Source: an uncultured candidate division Zixibacteria bacterium
Lineage (GTDB): Bacteria > Zixibacteria > MSB-5A5 > RBG-16-43-9
Direction: 5' to 3'
Length of the DNA: 64,000 bases
Assembly (NCBI GenBank): GCA_963713865.1
Contig: OY970208.1
Location: 455,922 to 519,921 of the forward strand
This document shows positions 62,486 to 64,000 of this stretch, one piece after another (position 1 is the stretch's first letter; each line of letters starts with the position of its first letter). A model generated the notes under the pieces. The model saw nothing but the letters and a program-made list of their open reading frames with translations. It made no database searches and was not told the origin of the DNA. A program made the translations under genes and the position numbers.

Positions 62486-63343
62486 CTAATAATTAATCAC
62501 CTGGTCGATCTTCCCCTTTTTGCGGGCAACATATTCAATAGATTTATAGATATAATCGGAGAACAGGGCAAGTAGAATAGTTGTTCCAAGCATTATAAGA
62601 AGAAGCTGGAAATCAGAATACTTAGCTAAGGTCTGGCTTAAGCTTTTACCCAAGATCGACCTTCTAAGAAGCTCTAACCAGTAAGTTAAAGGTAAAGCCT
62701 TGGAGATATATTGTAACCAATTAGGCAACAGGTCAATCTGGAAAATTGCTCCACAGGCTAAATAAAAAATCCCTCCTAAGCCCTCGGTCAAAGCAAAACT
62801 GTGATGAGCAGTTAGCATAGTTATCCCGGCCAAAAGGATTCCAAGACAGGTTATCACAAACAGTCCTACTATAAGGGTGATAAAGAATAGTGGATAATTT
62901 ACCTTTAACAAATCGATCGGTATCTTCAAAACAAGCATACCGAAGGCTAAGGTTATGATAATGGCAATGGTGGTGGTTATCAGTTTGGCCATCCCTCTAC
63001 CAAAAAGATAATAATACATTCTGATGGGGGCGATATAGATATATCTTAACATCTCATAATGTTCCCGGTCTTCGTGGATCACCCAGGATATCCCGAACAA
63101 AACATTATAGACATACATAAAGAAAGTATTCCCCAGAAATATGTAGGCGAAAAGGTCAAATGAGGTCTTCCCACGGGTTACTACTAAATACATAAAGACT
63201 AAAATCAAGGATGAGGCGATCGGTCGGATTATGGAATAGATTGCAAACAAAAACGGGTCAGCCCAGTTAGCTTCCATTGCCCAGCCCAGTTTTCCTGCTA
63301 ATCTGGTGGTTCTTAAATTTTCTTTTAACTTTTGTATGAACAT
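62486..63343 (-). CDS. ABC-2-type transporter permease
   Basis: 285 aa, six TM segments with ABC-2 permease-like topology. No adjacent ATPase gene in the window. Confidence 0.65.
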   Translation of the reverse strand: MFIQKLKENLRTTRLAGKLGWAMEANWADPFLFAIYSIIRPIASSLILVFMYLVVTRGKTSFDLFAYIFLGNTFFMYVYNVLFGISWVIHEDREHYEMLRYIYIAPIRMYYYLFGRGMAKLITTTIAIIITLAFGMLVLKIPIDLLKVNYPLFFITLIVGLFVITCLGILLAGITMLTAHHSFALTEGLGGIFYLACGAIFQIDLLPNWLQYISKALPLTYWLELLRRSILGKSLSQTLAKYSDFQLLLIMLGTTILLALFSDYIYKSIEYVARKKGKIDQVINY

Positions 63344-63383
63344 ACAAAGTACCTCTGTTTGTCAAAAATATTAGAGTACTGTC

Positions 63384-63421
63384 GTAGGGGCACGTTGTCC
63401 GCCTCTGGCGGATGCCCCTAC
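63384..63421. repeat. REP-like hairpin GTAGGGGC...GCCCCTAC
   Basis: GTAGGGGCACGTTGTCCGCCTCTGGCGGATGCCCCTAC. Its right arm supplies the stop codon of the methyltransferase gene. Confidence 0.75.
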
Positions 63422-64000
63422 CCTTCTCTCTTTTTTGCCACAAAAATCATAAATGGGCTTTTTGCCTCAAAAGATGATTTATCATAATCTCCAAAAAGCT
63501 CCTCAGTTTCAAATCCGTTAGAAAAAAGTATCCTTTCAAACTCAGCCGGGAAAAAATACCTCATCTTCAAGTCTATGGTTTTGCGAAAAAACCTACCATT
63601 TGGTTTGTTGGTTTCCACAAAGAGTCTGACCTTCAAAATCTGCTTAGGTTTATCATAAAATTGATTGGAGTAAATTTGAGTTAAGTCCTCTTTTTCCGGA
63701 TAGCCCTTTAAAATATCTCCTTCACTTCTTAACACCCCCTCTGCTCTGGTAAGGTCCGGATGAAACACGCTGATTATTAACCGTCCCTGAGAAGAAAGAT
63801 GTTTATAGACTGAGCGAATACAGTTATTCTGCTCTTCCATTGAAAGAAGGACCTGAAAAGAATTAAAAGGAATAAAAATAAGATTAAACTCCTTTTTCAG
63901 ATGAAAATTCCTCATATCACCCTGAAGCAGAGTTACTCTTTTTTTAATCTGTTCTGTTTCTTTATTCAACTTCTCCCTGGCTTTCTCTAACATCTTCTCG
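63418..64000 (-). CDS. Class I SAM-dependent methyltransferase, 3' part; the N-terminus lies beyond the right window edge
   Basis: The frame stays open upstream of the ORF-track Met to position 64000. ...EKMLEKAREKL...LLQGDMRNF...FNLIFIPFNSF...LSSQGRLIISV are post-motif-I elements of class I methyltransferases. Confidence 0.7.
   Translation of the reverse strand, partial: EKMLEKAREKLNKETEQIKKRVTLLQGDMRNFHLKKEFNLIFIPFNSFQVLLSMEEQNNCIRSVYKHLSSQGRLIISVFHPDLTRAEGVLRSEGDILKGYPEKEDLTQIYSNQFYDKPKQILKVRLFVETNKPNGRFFRKTIDLKMRYFFPAEFERILFSNGFETEELFGDYDKSSFEAKSPFMIFVAKKREG

Noticed and set aside
1-64000. CRISPR arrays, given the many short repeated palindromes.
   Set aside because: No regularly spaced direct repeats with unique spacers occur. 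The repeats are dispersed singletons or irregular clusters of different hairpins. No cas genes are present.

Overview
The window looks like about 64 kb from a moderately AT-rich bacterium. It is probably uncultivated. It has an outer membrane, judged from LptE-like, Skp, TonB-dependent receptor and PorV-like genes.

Most of the window is housekeeping:
- partial dinG, then an aldehyde dehydrogenase and lpdA
- hutU-hutI and an LptE-like lipoprotein
- pfk and gap-pgk-tpiA-secG-tRNA-Leu(GAG)
- O-antigen ligase, flippase and gmhA
- a GGGP-synthase/PcrB-like gene
- alaS-recX-recA-thpR-cinA-pgpA-pgsA
- a PfkB kinase, yigZ and dprA
- nikR plus a TonB-dependent receptor
- capA, an M23 peptidase, a Memo-AMMECR1 fusion and radC
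- skp, trkA-like genes, a Usp/APC-permease operon, an ABC-2 permease and a partial methyltransferase

Accessory or unusual content:
1. Two copies of a DDE (rve-type) IS. One is intact with a perfect 16-bp target duplication. The other is decayed and has no duplication. Each sits next to a member of an unassignable membrane-protein family.
2. At the intact copy the IS splits a divergent cassette. One side is a membrane-anchored trypsin-like protease. The other is a 34-codon hydrophobic ORF plus a 2-TM protein.
3. A RAYT-like IS200-type Y1 transposase, with a very high density and diversity of REP-like palindromes in nearly every intergenic gap.
4. A distinctive 52-134 bp GGAGTGTAAAC...GCTTTACACTCC element family and three 90-105 bp GTCATT...AATGAC compound elements.
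5. Gene 3' ends duplicated next to repeats.
6. A G+C-richer PAS histidine-kinase/receiver cluster with mosaic duplications and a chimeric pseudogene.
7. An FG-GAP/dockerin surface protein bracketed by 111-bp direct repeats.
8. Four housekeeping genes with single-base frameshifts, which may be sequence errors.

I saw no rRNA, no CRISPR array and no prophage. All functional calls rest on motif recognition by eye. No database search was run.
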